The notes below the pieces were generated by a model. The model saw only the letters and a list, made by a program, of their open reading frames with translations, searched no databases and was not told the origin of the DNA. Of a DNA stretch of 57,281 nucleotides, positions 1-10,164 are shown in pieces (within the stretch, counting starts at the first letter, position 1; every line of letters begins with the position of its first letter). The translations under genes and the position numbers were made by a program. Origin of the DNA: a virus (Duplodnaviria; Caudoviricetes); IMG/VR virus record IMGVR_UViG_3300014838_000023, positions 1 through 57,281 of that record; one strand, written 5' to 3'.

Positions 1-1079
1 GCCTTGGCGTTGGCCGCGCGCTTGGTCTCGGCCGAGTTCTGGATCAGCGTACCCAGGTCCTCGGGCTTCGTCGGGCCTTTCTTCGTCGAGAGCGCGCGCA
101 GGTTGTCGGCCAACTTCTTGTTCTGGTCGGCCAGTTGCTCGTTCAGGTCGCTGCGAGTGCTCTCGATGGCCGTCGGCTTGCCTGCAGCGCCCGTCTTGGT
201 GCCGGCGCGCAGCGCTTCCTGCTCCTCGAAGGTCATCTGAGCCGTGTTGCGCTGCACCTGGCCTAGCGTCGGCTTGTAGTCCTTCAACTGGCGATAGCGG
301 GCCTCTTCCTCAGGCGTGAGGGTGCGCAGCGGCGAGTAGTCCTTGCCTGGAACAGGCTTGTCCTGTGCCAAGGCCCCGGCAACGTCTGCAGCGCCGGCAG
401 CCGGCGGCACGCGGCCCCTGACGAGGCCTTCGGCAGCCTTGGGCAGAGGCGCCACGGCCAAGGCCGCCGGAATGACGTTCTCGCCGGCTGTGCGCCCCGC
501 CGCGCCGAACTTCATCTGCGTCTCAGGACTGGCTGGCATGCCGCCGATTTCGCCCAGTTTCCTGGCCTCGTACGTAGCTGCCTTGTCGAGTGCGCCACCG
601 ATGACGTTGCCGGCCATCGTGATCGGCTGGGTCAGCAGCGTGGCCACGTCCTTGCCTGACTGGGTCCTGGGCTTGTAGGTCAGGTCTTCGGCCGCTTTGG
701 CCCCACCTTCCATGGCCTTGTCGACGCCGATGAAAGGTGCAGTGGCCGCCGCTCGTGCGGCCCCATACAGCCCCCCGCCGACAGCCGTCACAGCACTCAG
801 AGCGTTCTCGCCGATGCCGGCGGCCAAGCCGTGCCCTTCCGAGTCCTCGCCATGGCCTACCCGGCCCAGCGTGCGCGCCGCCGCGCCGGCAAGATCTGGC
901 CCTTCTTCGGCAGGCGGCTTCGGCGTCTGACGGACTGCGGCCGCCGCCTTGCGGTCCTGTTTCGGGTTCGGGTGGATGTCTGGAAAATTCTTCTTGATCG
1001 CCGCGGCCATGTCCGGCTCGCTCATGCCGTCCGGAAACTCCAGGTCGCCGACCCCCGGTACGGAGACCGTCTGGCTCAT
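1..1079 (-). CDS. Internal virion/DNA ejection protein, runs off the left edge of the window
   Basis: ATG at 1079 overlaps the upstream stop (ATGA). MSQTVSVPGVGDLEFPDGMSEPDM N-terminus is typical of podovirus ejection proteins. No stop before position 1, so it is absent from the ORF track. Confidence 0.6.
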   Translation of the reverse strand, partial: MSQTVSVPGVGDLEFPDGMSEPDMAAAIKKNFPDIHPNPKQDRKAAAAVRQTPKPPAEEGPDLAGAAARTLGRVGHGEDSEGHGLAAGIGENALSAVTAVGGGLYGAARAAATAPFIGVDKAMEGGAKAAEDLTYKPRTQSGKDVATLLTQPITMAGNVIGGALDKAATYEARKLGEIGGMPASPETQMKFGAAGRTAGENVIPAALAVAPLPKAAEGLVRGRVPPAAGAADVAGALAQDKPVPGKDYSPLRTLTPEEEARYRQLKDYKPTLGQVQRNTAQMTFEEQEALRAGTKTGAAGKPTAIESTRSDLNEQLADQNKKLADNLRALSTKKGPTKPEDLGTLIQNSAETKRAANAK

Positions 1080-2896
1080 TTGAACGTGCCGGTGGCCGGG
1101 TCGTAGACCCGTTTCTTGGGCGTGTCGGCAGGATTTCCCGCAGGCGGCTTGATTCCGGCCTTCTTGCGTGCCGCGACAAGCTCGCGATCAAGCGCGGCCA
1201 CGTCGGCCTGGATGCGGGCTTTCTCGGCCGGATCTTTCTCACCGGTCAGCTTGTCGGCCGTCTCGTCGCGCTCGCGCATGAGAATGGCCACGGCATCGGA
1301 GTCTTCTGCTTTCTGCTCGGACTTCGGGACCGTCGGGTGGTTGTAGTCGTTCGGAGTCTTGCGCGGAGCCGATTCCTTGTATCTGTCGGCGATCGAGGGA
1401 TCGATCTTGCGGATCGTTTCGCGCGAGTGCTTGGACAGCAGATCGGGGTACCCATCGTCGGTAGCCATGCCGCGTTTCCACTGGTCGTCCAGCGAGTCGA
1501 TGCGCGATGCCAGAAGCGCCATGGCCGTCTTGGCGGCATCCCGGATCTGTTGCGGAGACCCTGCGGTGTCGAAGCGCTTTCGCCAAGCCTCGGCTTCCAG
1601 TTCCGAAGCACCCGCGCCACGGAAGGTTTTCATCAGTTCGTCGCCCAGCGCCAGGCGAGCCATGTCGAGGTTGTTGACCTCGGGATGGCCGAGTTCCGTG
1701 CGGGCGTAGTTGATGACCTTGTTCGCCAGCTTCACATCCGTGCCGCCCATTGCCTGGGCGTAATCCTCGAGCGTGCCGGCGTGCCCGATCGCAGTGTTGA
1801 TCGACGTGATGTTCCTCGACGTCGGGCCGGAAGTGAAATCCTTCTTGACGGCTTGCTTCGTCGGGTAGTCGGTGGCGCTGAAGCCCGGGTTGTATTGCGC
1901 CACGCGCTCTTCCATGGCCTCGCGCTGCCCACCTCGAACCGTGACCGTACTCAGAGGCACGTCGCCGTCAGAAATCTTCTTGACCGTGCTGGCCATACCC
2001 GTCGGCAAGGTCGACAGATAGGCGTCGCCATGCAGATCGGCGGCCTCTGGGGGAATGACGTCGCTGATCGACGATCCTGCGCCAGACACCGTCGACAGCT
2101 TCTTCAGCATTGCGTCATAGAACTCCTGAGAGATCAGATGTTGAGCAAGCAGGCCCTGCAGTTCACGAACATGGAGCTTGTCCCCGGCTGGTGTGGCAGC
2201 GATGAGACCTGCCTGCTCCGCGTTTTTCTTCGCCAAGGCTTCCGCCTCTTTGGACTGTGATTCCTTCAATCGCGTCTCGGCGAGGTCGTGGTAGGGCTTG
2301 CTCACCGTGACCGCTGCAGCAAGATGCTTGTAGTCCATCTGGCCAAAGGCCTGGATCTGCTCGGGAGTGAAGAGGGGTTGTCCTGTCGAATCCTTTGCCG
2401 CCGACAACTCCTTGAGTTTCGCAGCCTTGTTCTTCTCGAAATTGGCTTGCGCTTCCTGCTCGCCCTGAGACGCCGCATCGGCCTTATACGACTCGGTGAT
2501 GGGCACCAGTGCGCCCAGCACGGCGTTGTTCTTGTCCAGGAAGTTCTTCGTCTCGTCGGAGTTGAACTTCAGGATCTTCTCGCGCATGTCGATGTCGTGC
2601 TGCTTGAGCGCATCGGCCTGCTTGGCGATCTGACCGTAGGTGTTGAAGGAGACCTTGCCTCGCAGGTCTTCCTTGGCCTTGTCGATGCCTTGCGGCGTGT
2701 AGAGGTCTCCGCCTTGCTTCGTGTAGTCGGTGAGGACCTGCTTGTCGTTTTGCTGGTCCTGGAACTGCTGCTGGACGTCGGCCGTCTCGATCTGCTTTTG
2801 CTCGAGATCCATGCCGCGAGCCAACGAGCCCGGGATGTCGGGCACATTCAGCTTGGCCGACATCGGGATTTGCCATGCAGTTCCTTCGCCAGCCAT
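1076..2896 (-). CDS. DNA ejection/injection protein (P22 gp20-like position)
   Basis: 606 aa, helical and Q/K-rich. Ends in YDPATGTFK. Lies between ejection genes with coupled start/stop codons. Confidence 0.55.
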   Translation of the reverse strand: MAGEGTAWQIPMSAKLNVPDIPGSLARGMDLEQKQIETADVQQQFQDQQNDKQVLTDYTKQGGDLYTPQGIDKAKEDLRGKVSFNTYGQIAKQADALKQHDIDMREKILKFNSDETKNFLDKNNAVLGALVPITESYKADAASQGEQEAQANFEKNKAAKLKELSAAKDSTGQPLFTPEQIQAFGQMDYKHLAAAVTVSKPYHDLAETRLKESQSKEAEALAKKNAEQAGLIAATPAGDKLHVRELQGLLAQHLISQEFYDAMLKKLSTVSGAGSSISDVIPPEAADLHGDAYLSTLPTGMASTVKKISDGDVPLSTVTVRGGQREAMEERVAQYNPGFSATDYPTKQAVKKDFTSGPTSRNITSINTAIGHAGTLEDYAQAMGGTDVKLANKVINYARTELGHPEVNNLDMARLALGDELMKTFRGAGASELEAEAWRKRFDTAGSPQQIRDAAKTAMALLASRIDSLDDQWKRGMATDDGYPDLLSKHSRETIRKIDPSIADRYKESAPRKTPNDYNHPTVPKSEQKAEDSDAVAILMRERDETADKLTGEKDPAEKARIQADVAALDRELVAARKKAGIKPPAGNPADTPKKRVYDPATGTFK

Positions 2897-3867
2897 CAGT
2901 GGACCCTCCGATAGTCGACCATCCGCAGCCCTTGTGGATCCTTCGTCACAGCCCGGGGGTTGCTCTTCTCGATGTCCTGCGCCAGCACCCCCATTCGGGT
3001 GGGTCCACCACCTTTCATCCGATACGTGAAGATCGGTACGCCATCGTCGGTGTATCCGACGCGCCGCTTATCGGTCTTCAGACGCTCGTCCGAGTAGTCG
3101 CCAGCCGAGTTGATCGCAAGACCGGTGTTCTCGTTGTAGTTGGCTGACGTGTCGATTCCAGTGGCCCCCGTGTCGAGAGTCCCCGATGTGCTGGTGTACC
3201 CCGGCGTGTTGTAGCCGCTGCCGATGCCCTGAGGGTTCGTACCCGTATTGTTGAACAGCGAGCTGAGAGTCGTCATCTGGTTGGTCAAGGAACTAAGACC
3301 GCCACTGACGGCATTGGCCGAGCCGACCGTGCCGGCCGCAGCCGCATTCCCCGCACCGACCGTGAGGTTGGCGCCAGTGTCGGCCACGTTCGCCGCCGAC
3401 TGCATGCCTTCTCCGGCTAGGCTCTGCTGCGCGTTGATCTGCTGCTGGTTTTGCGCCAGCCACTGGTTGAAGGCCTGGCCCTGGTACTGCGAGGCGATGC
3501 CGGCGGCGTTGGTCTCGATCTGCCCCTGCTCGCCCGTGCCGATCAGGCCGCCTTGCGCCGCTGCCGAAGATTGGCTAGCGTCCAGAGCATTCTGCTGCGC
3601 GTACGTCTCGGCCGACGAGTTCGTCGCGTCGGCCATCGTGAAGTTGGTGTTGAACTGGCCCCCGGGCTGCGTCTCCTGAGCCAGTTGCGTGACTGCCGTT
3701 CCTCCGGCCGTCGTCCATGGCGCCTGGTCTTTCCTCTGCTGCGCGTTGGCTGCGTTGTCCGCGTTGATCTGGTCCTGGGACGCCGCATTGGCCGCATTGG
3801 CCGAGATGGCTGCACCGCCGATCGTGCCGGCGGCAGCGATCACACCCCCCGTAATGGCCAGCGTCAT
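2896..3867 (-). CDS. DNA transfer protein (P22 gp7-like) with C-terminal peptidase S74 chaperone/autocleavage domain
   Basis: A/G-rich N-terminus MTLAITGGVIAAAG and QAPWTTAG motif. C-terminal YSDERLKT...GVLAQD...VDY. Confidence 0.65.
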   Translation of the reverse strand: MTLAITGGVIAAAGTIGGAAISANAANAASQDQINADNAANAQQRKDQAPWTTAGGTAVTQLAQETQPGGQFNTNFTMADATNSSAETYAQQNALDASQSSAAAQGGLIGTGEQGQIETNAAGIASQYQGQAFNQWLAQNQQQINAQQSLAGEGMQSAANVADTGANLTVGAGNAAAAGTVGSANAVSGGLSSLTNQMTTLSSLFNNTGTNPQGIGSGYNTPGYTSTSGTLDTGATGIDTSANYNENTGLAINSAGDYSDERLKTDKRRVGYTDDGVPIFTYRMKGGGPTRMGVLAQDIEKSNPRAVTKDPQGLRMVDYRRVH

Positions 3868-4295
3868 GACGTGTTTCCTTCCAGGGCCAGATCCTCGCGG
3901 TCGCAGTACGCGAGCCGCCGTTCGAGCTCCTCGATGTCCCGGCAATTATCAGGGTTCGGGTGCACTGTCGTCCAGACTGTGTCCTCGTGGGCAAAAAGTG
4001 CCCGTTTCGTGCCCGGCTTGGTCACCATCATGAAAGGTGCCACGTAGCGCTTGACGCCCTCCAGGTCGCGCACGCTGACGTCGCCTTGAGAGATCACGTT
4101 GTAGCACTCGTTTCGGTGGACTCGGGTAGTCATGCCGACGTTCTTCGGAATGAAGATCGTGCGCGCGTACAGCTTGTCCGGGAACTCGTGAAATAGTTCC
4201 GTCGTGATCTGCGGAATCGTGAGCAGCAGGTCCTCGAAGGCGCGGATCTTCCCTTTCGCCTCGAGGACCCCGTCGATGGTCGCTACCTCCAACAT
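3864..4295 (-). CDS. Conserved phage cupin-like protein
   Basis: MLEVATIDG...HEFPDKLYARTIFIPK...PGTKRALFAHEDTVWTTVHPN. Start overlaps the tail fibre stop (TGATG). Confidence 0.6.
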   Translation of the reverse strand: MLEVATIDGVLEAKGKIRAFEDLLLTIPQITTELFHEFPDKLYARTIFIPKNVGMTTRVHRNECYNVISQGDVSVRDLEGVKRYVAPFMMVTKPGTKRALFAHEDTVWTTVHPNPDNCRDIEELERRLAYCDREDLALEGNTS

Positions 4296-5818
4296 CAGCT
4301 GTACTCGTCCACGATGCAGATCCCCGAGCCGCCGATCGCGCCCGTCGTGGTGCCACCGCTGGCGCCGCCGCCCGTGTTCGTCGCGCCGGCTGTGCCCGTG
4401 GCCGAGCCGAGCATGCCTGGAGCCCCGCCACCGAGCGCCGAGTTGCCGCCCGGGCCGAAGTAGATGTTGGCCGACCAGGAGCCGCCGTAGCCCGCCCCGC
4501 CGCCGACCAGTGTGATATCGCCCACGCCCGCTGCGCCGCCGGCAGCCCCTGCCGTGGTGCCGGTATTGCCCGTGCCTCCGTTGGCTGTCAGGAGGCTGCC
4601 GAACGTAGTGGCCGCCCCGTTGCCCCCGGCAACCGAGCCGCCGGCTCCGATGGTGACCGTGTAGGATGCCGCGGGGGCCGTGTTCCTGACCCGGGAGTAG
4701 CCGCCCGAACCTCCGCCCCCACAGCCGGTGCCGAACCCGTTTGCACCACCGCCTCCGCCGACTCCTTGGACGATGATCGAGCCGACGTCGGCTCCCTTGG
4801 TCCAGGTGCCACTGGCCGTGAAGACCGTGGTGCGCAGATAGCGGCCAGAGGGGTAGCCCGACAGCAGTACGAGGCTGGTGCCGTCGTAGACGACCTCGGT
4901 GATCAGGCCGGCGACGATCTGTGCGGCGACCTGCGTGCCTGCACTGTTGACCTGCACCAGGTTGAGCGCACCCAGGCCACTGACGTTGAGGGTCGGCGTG
5001 GCGCCGACTGCCGTCGACTGGTGGAACTTCACCAGCATCGGCGAGTTCGTCGCATAGGCACCCAGCACCTGGGTCGGAGTCAGGATGTAGGTCGGCGCCG
5101 TGCCGGTCGTGGTTGCCAGCGTGTCGCCTCGATCGAGTCGCTGGATTGGTGAAGCGATCGACACCGGGCTGGCCGGCGGCGTGATGCTCGCGTCGTAGGC
5201 CACGCCGATCGCGCTGACCGATGGCGCCGAGGCGAGGAAAAGACCGGTGGCGACAGTACTCAGGCCGGAGTCGAGCGGCGTAGCGCCATTGACGACCGTA
5301 ACCGTGGTGTTGGTCGAGAACGAGACTGCAGAGACCGTTGAGAACGCCGTACCGCCCGTGTTCGTCGTCTTGACACGCTCGCCGATCGGAAAGAGGGCTG
5401 TCTGGTTGCCCGGCACGCTGAAGGACGTCGAGGAGATGAACGACGGCGTGAGGCCTGTGGCCACCCACTCGGTATTCGGCGTGACCTGACCCGACGGATC
5501 GTTGATGCCCAGGACGTTGTCGTAGGCGATGCCGATCTGCACGCCGTTGACGTCCTTGATGATGTACTTCAAGGCCTGGCCTGCGGTCTGCCAGATCTCG
5601 ACATTGGTGGGCGTACCGGGCCGGCCAGACGAGTCAAGCGTGATGACGTTGCCGTTCGACACGGTGCCCGAGTTGTCGGACCAGGTCGAGGCGGGCGTCG
5701 TCGTGCCGGCCAGGAAGGTGCTGATCGAGCCGCCCGCGTTGACGACGCTGGCGCCGGACGTGGTGCTGGTAAAGCTCTGGTAGCCGGCACCGAAGGTCGG
5801 GGCAAGGTAGACGGACAT
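4295..5818 (-). CDS. Tail fibre/spike with head-binding-like N-terminus and Gly-rich C-terminus
   Basis: AGTTTPASTWSD...NVITLDSSGR N-terminal motif. FTASGTWT...GGGGGG glycine-rich C-terminal domain. Confidence 0.7.
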   Translation of the reverse strand: MSVYLAPTFGAGYQSFTSTTSGASVVNAGGSISTFLAGTTTPASTWSDNSGTVSNGNVITLDSSGRPGTPTNVEIWQTAGQALKYIIKDVNGVQIGIAYDNVLGINDPSGQVTPNTEWVATGLTPSFISSTSFSVPGNQTALFPIGERVKTTNTGGTAFSTVSAVSFSTNTTVTVVNGATPLDSGLSTVATGLFLASAPSVSAIGVAYDASITPPASPVSIASPIQRLDRGDTLATTTGTAPTYILTPTQVLGAYATNSPMLVKFHQSTAVGATPTLNVSGLGALNLVQVNSAGTQVAAQIVAGLITEVVYDGTSLVLLSGYPSGRYLRTTVFTASGTWTKGADVGSIIVQGVGGGGGANGFGTGCGGGGSGGYSRVRNTAPAASYTVTIGAGGSVAGGNGAATTFGSLLTANGGTGNTGTTAGAAGGAAGVGDITLVGGGAGYGGSWSANIYFGPGGNSALGGGAPGMLGSATGTAGATNTGGGASGGTTTGAIGGSGICIVDEYS

Positions 5819-5841
5819 TTGTGACTCCCTACGCTATTGTG

Positions 5842-6561
5842 TCAGAGCCCGTGCGCCGGGAACGGCCCGTTAGGAACTGCGTCCGGCCTGCAAAATCCCT
5901 GAGTCATGCGCCACTCGTCCATGTTGCCGATGACCGAAGAGGCAGACGCCGTGCCGAAGTTGCCGAAGAAGACATTCGCAGCATTGACGAGAAGCTGAAC
6001 GCCCACGTTCGTCACGCTCGCTTCAACCCCGCCGTCCAAGGTGCAACTGAAAAGGTCGCCCTTGCGCTTGCCTTGAACGAAGTGCCAAGCGCCCGTGGTG
6101 ATGGTCGTGGTCCCGACGATGCTATAGGCGGCTGCGCTGACCGTGTTCCAGCCCTCAAAGCCTAGTTTCCCGGCGGCGCTGATGTAGAGGCCGTAGGGAG
6201 TGACCCCAGTGCTTGCGTTCTTATAGCAAAGCACTTGAGGGTGGGTGTTGTTCGTCAGGAATATCCACCCTTCAATCGTGAAGTCGCCGGTGGTGTAGTT
6301 GAACCACGTCTGGTCGTTAACGTGAATGAAATCTGTTGCTGATGTAGAGACGGTCGAGATCAGCAGGCTTTGTGCGCCGAATTTGACCGGAGAAGAAACA
6401 AGCGAGCAGCCGTTGAAGCCTGGTACAGCGGCGTGAATACTGCTATCGACGAGCGTGCCGGCGCCTCCGCTGCCAGCGCCATCCATGTGCAGCAGTATCC
6501 CGACCTTGGAGAACTGAGAGTCCCCGACGTATGGTCCACCACGATAGGCGCCCCACCTCAC
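5842..6561 (-). CDS. LamG/concanavalin-like lectin domain protein (tail-associated)
   Basis: LLHMDG...DFTIEGW...WHFV...GNMDEWRMT motifs. GTG start overlaps the upstream stop. Confidence 0.7.
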   Translation of the reverse strand: MRWGAYRGGPYVGDSQFSKVGILLHMDGAGSGGAGTLVDSSIHAAVPGFNGCSLVSSPVKFGAQSLLISTVSTSATDFIHVNDQTWFNYTTGDFTIEGWIFLTNNTHPQVLCYKNASTGVTPYGLYISAAGKLGFEGWNTVSAAAYSIVGTTTITTGAWHFVQGKRKGDLFSCTLDGGVEASVTNVGVQLLVNAANVFFGNFGTASASSVIGNMDEWRMTQGFCRPDAVPNGPFPAHGL

Positions 6562-7403
6562 GATGTATCCCCCTCGATCAGCCACTCGTCCGTTGCGAGC
6601 TGGATCATGGTCCCCGAGGAATACTGAGTCCGCGAGGTCAGCGAGCCCGAAGTGCGGAACGTCACGCCTGCCGCTGGAGTCAAAGTCGTCTGCCCCGACC
6701 CATACTGCTGCCAGCCGACAGTAACGCCGATGGGATAGGCCGTGGTCGAGTTCTTCGCCACCGTCAGCGTGTTGGCTCCTGCGAGGTTCATCTGCACCAT
6801 CGTCGGCGTCGAGAGGGAAACGTCTGCGAGGACGAGCGTGTAGCTCACTGTCTGCTTGTTGAAAGTTACCGCAGGAACACTCCCGCTGCCGTTCGACGCT
6901 GCCGTAATCAGTCCTTTAGCATTCACGGTGAAGGTCGAATTGACGAAGGTGCCCACGTTCCCGTTTACTGTTGCAAGAGTCAACGCCGCAGCCCCGGGTC
7001 CGGTTGCCGTTCCATCACCCGTGAGCGAAGTGATCGCAGAGCCGCTAGCGGCCGCCGTGACCCTTCCGTTGCCATCGACCGTGATGTTGGCGTCGCTGTA
7101 AATCCCGGCAACACCTGAGATCGGCTTCAACGTCGCGATGACTGATCCTGTGCCGGCCGCGAGCACGTCCCCAGTCAACTGAGTGATGCCTCCTCCGCCT
7201 CCTCCGCCCGACCCCGTGATCCACTGATTAGGCCATGTGCCTCCCAGTGCGATTCCTGTGCTTCCAGTCCCAAGCGTGAGACCTCCGCCCAGGAACGACT
7301 TGACCGCGGCATAGAGCTGGTTGAGCGAGCGAAGCCACGGCGCCGTGAACTTCTTCGTGGAGTCGACGGCCTCGCCGTTGAATGGTGCGGGGTCGAGATT
7401 CAT
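6558..7403 (-). CDS. Tail needle/fibre-like protein
   Basis: Repeated ITQLTGD / ITVDGNGRVTAAASG fibre motifs. Follows the gp10-like gene with ATGA overlap. Confidence 0.6.
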   Translation of the reverse strand: MNLDPAPFNGEAVDSTKKFTAPWLRSLNQLYAAVKSFLGGGLTLGTGSTGIALGGTWPNQWITGSGGGGGGGITQLTGDVLAAGTGSVIATLKPISGVAGIYSDANITVDGNGRVTAAASGSAITSLTGDGTATGPGAAALTLATVNGNVGTFVNSTFTVNAKGLITAASNGSGSVPAVTFNKQTVSYTLVLADVSLSTPTMVQMNLAGANTLTVAKNSTTAYPIGVTVGWQQYGSGQTTLTPAAGVTFRTSGSLTSRTQYSSGTMIQLATDEWLIEGDTS

Positions 7404-8842
7404 TCGTTGTTGACCGTCTCGGTGCCGGGAGCCACCGTCGCTTCGCCTAGCGTGATGATGAATTTCACCGGGTCGGTTACCGTCCACATGAACACGAAGT
7501 CGCGTGCGCTTCCCAGTCGAGTCCAGCGAACTCTCTTGAAGTACTTGCCCTTCTTGCCAAGAGGCTTCCACCGCTCCGGGCCGAAGGTCTTGCCGCCGTC
7601 CTTGCTGACCCGCATCATGATCTGTGGATCGGACCCTTGGCCTGAGTCGAGGCCGACTCCCGTCTCCATCTCGAGAACGATCTCCGCGATCGAGAACTCG
7701 TTGCCGTTGACCTGCACGTGCCGACTCACCACCTGACGCTTGATGGCCGCGCCACCGACATCGGTGTAGACATTCGGGTCGAGCAGATAGATGTTTCCCG
7801 TCGTCGTGTCGGAGACGAAGTTCTTCGTGTTGAAGACGATGCTCAGGTTGGCGGCGTCGCGTCCGATGTAGCCGACTCCCGTCTGCGACTCGCCCCAGAA
7901 CCCGGTCACCGCGTCGTAAATGAAGGTGCGGTTCGCACTCGGAAATGTGAGCTGGTAGATCGGATGGCCGTCCAGCATGTAGGTAAGGCCGATGGCGTCA
8001 CTGTAGACCGGGAACGACGAGATGATGTTCTCGATGTCGGACGTGCTGATGCGCTGAGGCGTGTAGCCGTTGAGCATCAGCACCTGGACCCCGCCTTGTG
8101 GGTTCTGGCCCAGAAAAGCCATCGTGTTCGCAAGCTGAACCCGGCTGTGCAGCGCTGCCAGGCCCCAGGTCTGCGACGCGCCGTTGATGCGGCTGTAAGG
8201 AACCGCGGGGGCCGCGTTGCCGTTGTCCTGCCAGCACTCCATGTGCGTGGCGCCCCACAAGACGATAAAGCCATTCAGGACGTCGACTGCGACCAGCAGG
8301 TCGCTGCTGTTTTCCTTGGTGCCTTGCAGAAGCGGCGACCAGGTCCCTCCGGCCAGCAGTTGGCAGACGTTGAAACTGCGCGAATTCGGAACGGGCGCAA
8401 GGGATCGGCTGTCGAGCGTGGCGATCGATGTGCAACCGTTCGGGAAATTCGGATCGGTGATCAGCGTGGGAGACCCGGACGGCAATGGCACCGAGTAACC
8501 CTGCTGGCCATCCACGATCGTCATCGTGAGACTGTCATCGGTGATGCCGACGAGCTGGCCCGAGTTCGAGATCTTGCCCAGCAGGACGACGTTGCCGCCG
8601 TAGTCCATCGTGAAGACCGAGGCTCCGGCCACGATATACAGCAAGTAGTTGACGACCCACCATCCTCGGATAGGGTTGTCAGGCAGCGTCACGTACAGGC
8701 TCTTGCCAGGCGTGCCACGGATGATGATGTTCGACTTGTCGCCGTCCGGACGGATGTCGTAGATGCAGCCGATGCGTCGCTGGGCCGTGACGGTCTGGCT
8801 GAGCGACTTGATGCCCGCGCCGAAGAGGGGGATCGGATTCAT
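7400..8842 (-). CDS. Packaged DNA stabilization/tail hub protein (P22 gp10-like)
   Basis: 480 aa with RISTSDIE, YQLTFP, METGVG...DPQIMMRVSKDGG...WTRLG motifs. Confidence 0.8.
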   Translation of the reverse strand: MNPIPLFGAGIKSLSQTVTAQRRIGCIYDIRPDGDKSNIIIRGTPGKSLYVTLPDNPIRGWWVVNYLLYIVAGASVFTMDYGGNVVLLGKISNSGQLVGITDDSLTMTIVDGQQGYSVPLPSGSPTLITDPNFPNGCTSIATLDSRSLAPVPNSRSFNVCQLLAGGTWSPLLQGTKENSSDLLVAVDVLNGFIVLWGATHMECWQDNGNAAPAVPYSRINGASQTWGLAALHSRVQLANTMAFLGQNPQGGVQVLMLNGYTPQRISTSDIENIISSFPVYSDAIGLTYMLDGHPIYQLTFPSANRTFIYDAVTGFWGESQTGVGYIGRDAANLSIVFNTKNFVSDTTTGNIYLLDPNVYTDVGGAAIKRQVVSRHVQVNGNEFSIAEIVLEMETGVGLDSGQGSDPQIMMRVSKDGGKTFGPERWKPLGKKGKYFKRVRWTRLGSARDFVFMWTVTDPVKFIITLGEATVAPGTETVNNE

Positions 8843-9198
8843 ACCCAGTCCACCGAAGGAAGCGGGACCGTCTGGTTGGCGAGCGCGTGCGTGCAGTCGC
8901 CGAGAAATTGGATGCTGCCGTCGGTGACGTACGAATGGCAGACCAGGGGCAACGGGGCTCCTTCCGCGTCACGCTCGTACTCGCCAGTCCACCTTCCGTA
9001 GGGACGATGGATCGCCCTGACTCCGGTCACCTTGATCGATGGCCTGAACGTCGGCTTGTGGGCACTACCGTTCCAACTCCAGCACGGATGCGGGTCCGTG
9101 CCGATCCTTAGTGCATGGTGGTCCTTGCACCCTGGGCACATGAACGTCAGGTAGCGGCCCCCTTCGCTTCTCCGAAGAACGCGCGACAACTGACTCAC
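8839..9198 (-). CDS. DUF6527-like Cys/His protein
   Basis: FMCPGC...H...WSWNGS...PTFRPS...CHSYVTDGSIQFLGDCTH pattern. Confidence 0.65.
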   Translation of the reverse strand: MSQLSRVLRRSEGGRYLTFMCPGCKDHHALRIGTDPHPCWSWNGSAHKPTFRPSIKVTGVRAIHRPYGRWTGEYERDAEGAPLPLVCHSYVTDGSIQFLGDCTHALANQTVPLPSVDWV

Positions 9199-10163
9199 GA
9201 CAGCCCATCCTCACCCGGCTGGAAGAACATGGTCGTGACCTCACGGTCCTTGCCGAAGGCGAGCACGACGGCCTCGTCCTTCAGTGCCTTCATCGACGGC
9301 GTCCAAACCTTGAAGAACATGGGCGCGATCTGCTCGGCCAGGAGCCACGTCAACGCGAGGAAATACTCCTGCGGGTACTCGGGAGCATCGGTCGGATTGT
9401 TCAGGTCCTGCACCGGCTCCATGTACGCCATGACCAGGTACTTCGTCACGTCGGCCGACGAGCCCACGTCCGTGCCGAGCGAACTCGACCCCAGCTTGAA
9501 CTGGTAGAAGATCGCCGACGGGTCGCCGCTATTGAACGGGTTGTGGCGCTGCGAGTAGCTGTCGTAGTCCTGGATCGTGCGCAGGATCTTCACCGGCACG
9601 TCGTTGAACTGCGAGTCGCGCAGGTTGCAGGTCTCGATGTTCAGCGGCTGCTGGGCGGCCGCCACGTACGAGTACGCCACCGCGTTGTTGTTGATGACGT
9701 CGGTGGTGGGGGCCGTCAGCGTGATGACATTGCCGACCGGGGCGATCGACACCGTGGTCCAGAAGATCGTGCCGCCGTTGGTCTGCAGGCCGATGAACGA
9801 GCCCATGGCAATGCCGGTCACTGACGCCAGCGTGACGGTAGTTCCACCCAGCGCGCAGCCTGCGGTCACCGTCGTGAAGATCGGGGTGTTCGTCCAGCCG
9901 TTCGCCGTGGGTCCGACCTGGTAGCCGCTGGTTGTTCCCGACAGGAAGAGATACCCGGTCTTGCGTGTCCAGACCTTCAGGCCTGCGGACTGGTCGGCGC
10001 GTCCCATCCTTTGCTTCACGATCATGTTCAACTGGAACGCGCAGTCCTGCACGTCGACCGCATCCATGGTGTCGTACGGGTCGAGCTTGCCGATGTTCTT
10101 CATCGCCTGCGCGATGACCTGGTCGCGCGTGACGCCGAAGGAATACGTGCCGCTGGTTGCCAT
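9195..10163 (-). CDS. Head-tail adaptor (P22 gp4-like)
   Basis: MATSGTYSF...IAQAMKNIG...PQEYFLALTWLLA. Located upstream of the gp10-like gene. Confidence 0.65.
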   Translation of the reverse strand: MATSGTYSFGVTRDQVIAQAMKNIGKLDPYDTMDAVDVQDCAFQLNMIVKQRMGRADQSAGLKVWTRKTGYLFLSGTTSGYQVGPTANGWTNTPIFTTVTAGCALGGTTVTLASVTGIAMGSFIGLQTNGGTIFWTTVSIAPVGNVITLTAPTTDVINNNAVAYSYVAAAQQPLNIETCNLRDSQFNDVPVKILRTIQDYDSYSQRHNPFNSGDPSAIFYQFKLGSSSLGTDVGSSADVTKYLVMAYMEPVQDLNNPTDAPEYPQEYFLALTWLLAEQIAPMFFKVWTPSMKALKDEAVVLAFGKDREVTTMFFQPGEDGLS

Positions 10164-10164
10164 C

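Noticed and set aside
4295-7403. Diversity-generating retroelement acting on tail fibres
   Set aside because: No reverse transcriptase and no TR/VR repeat pair seen in the window.
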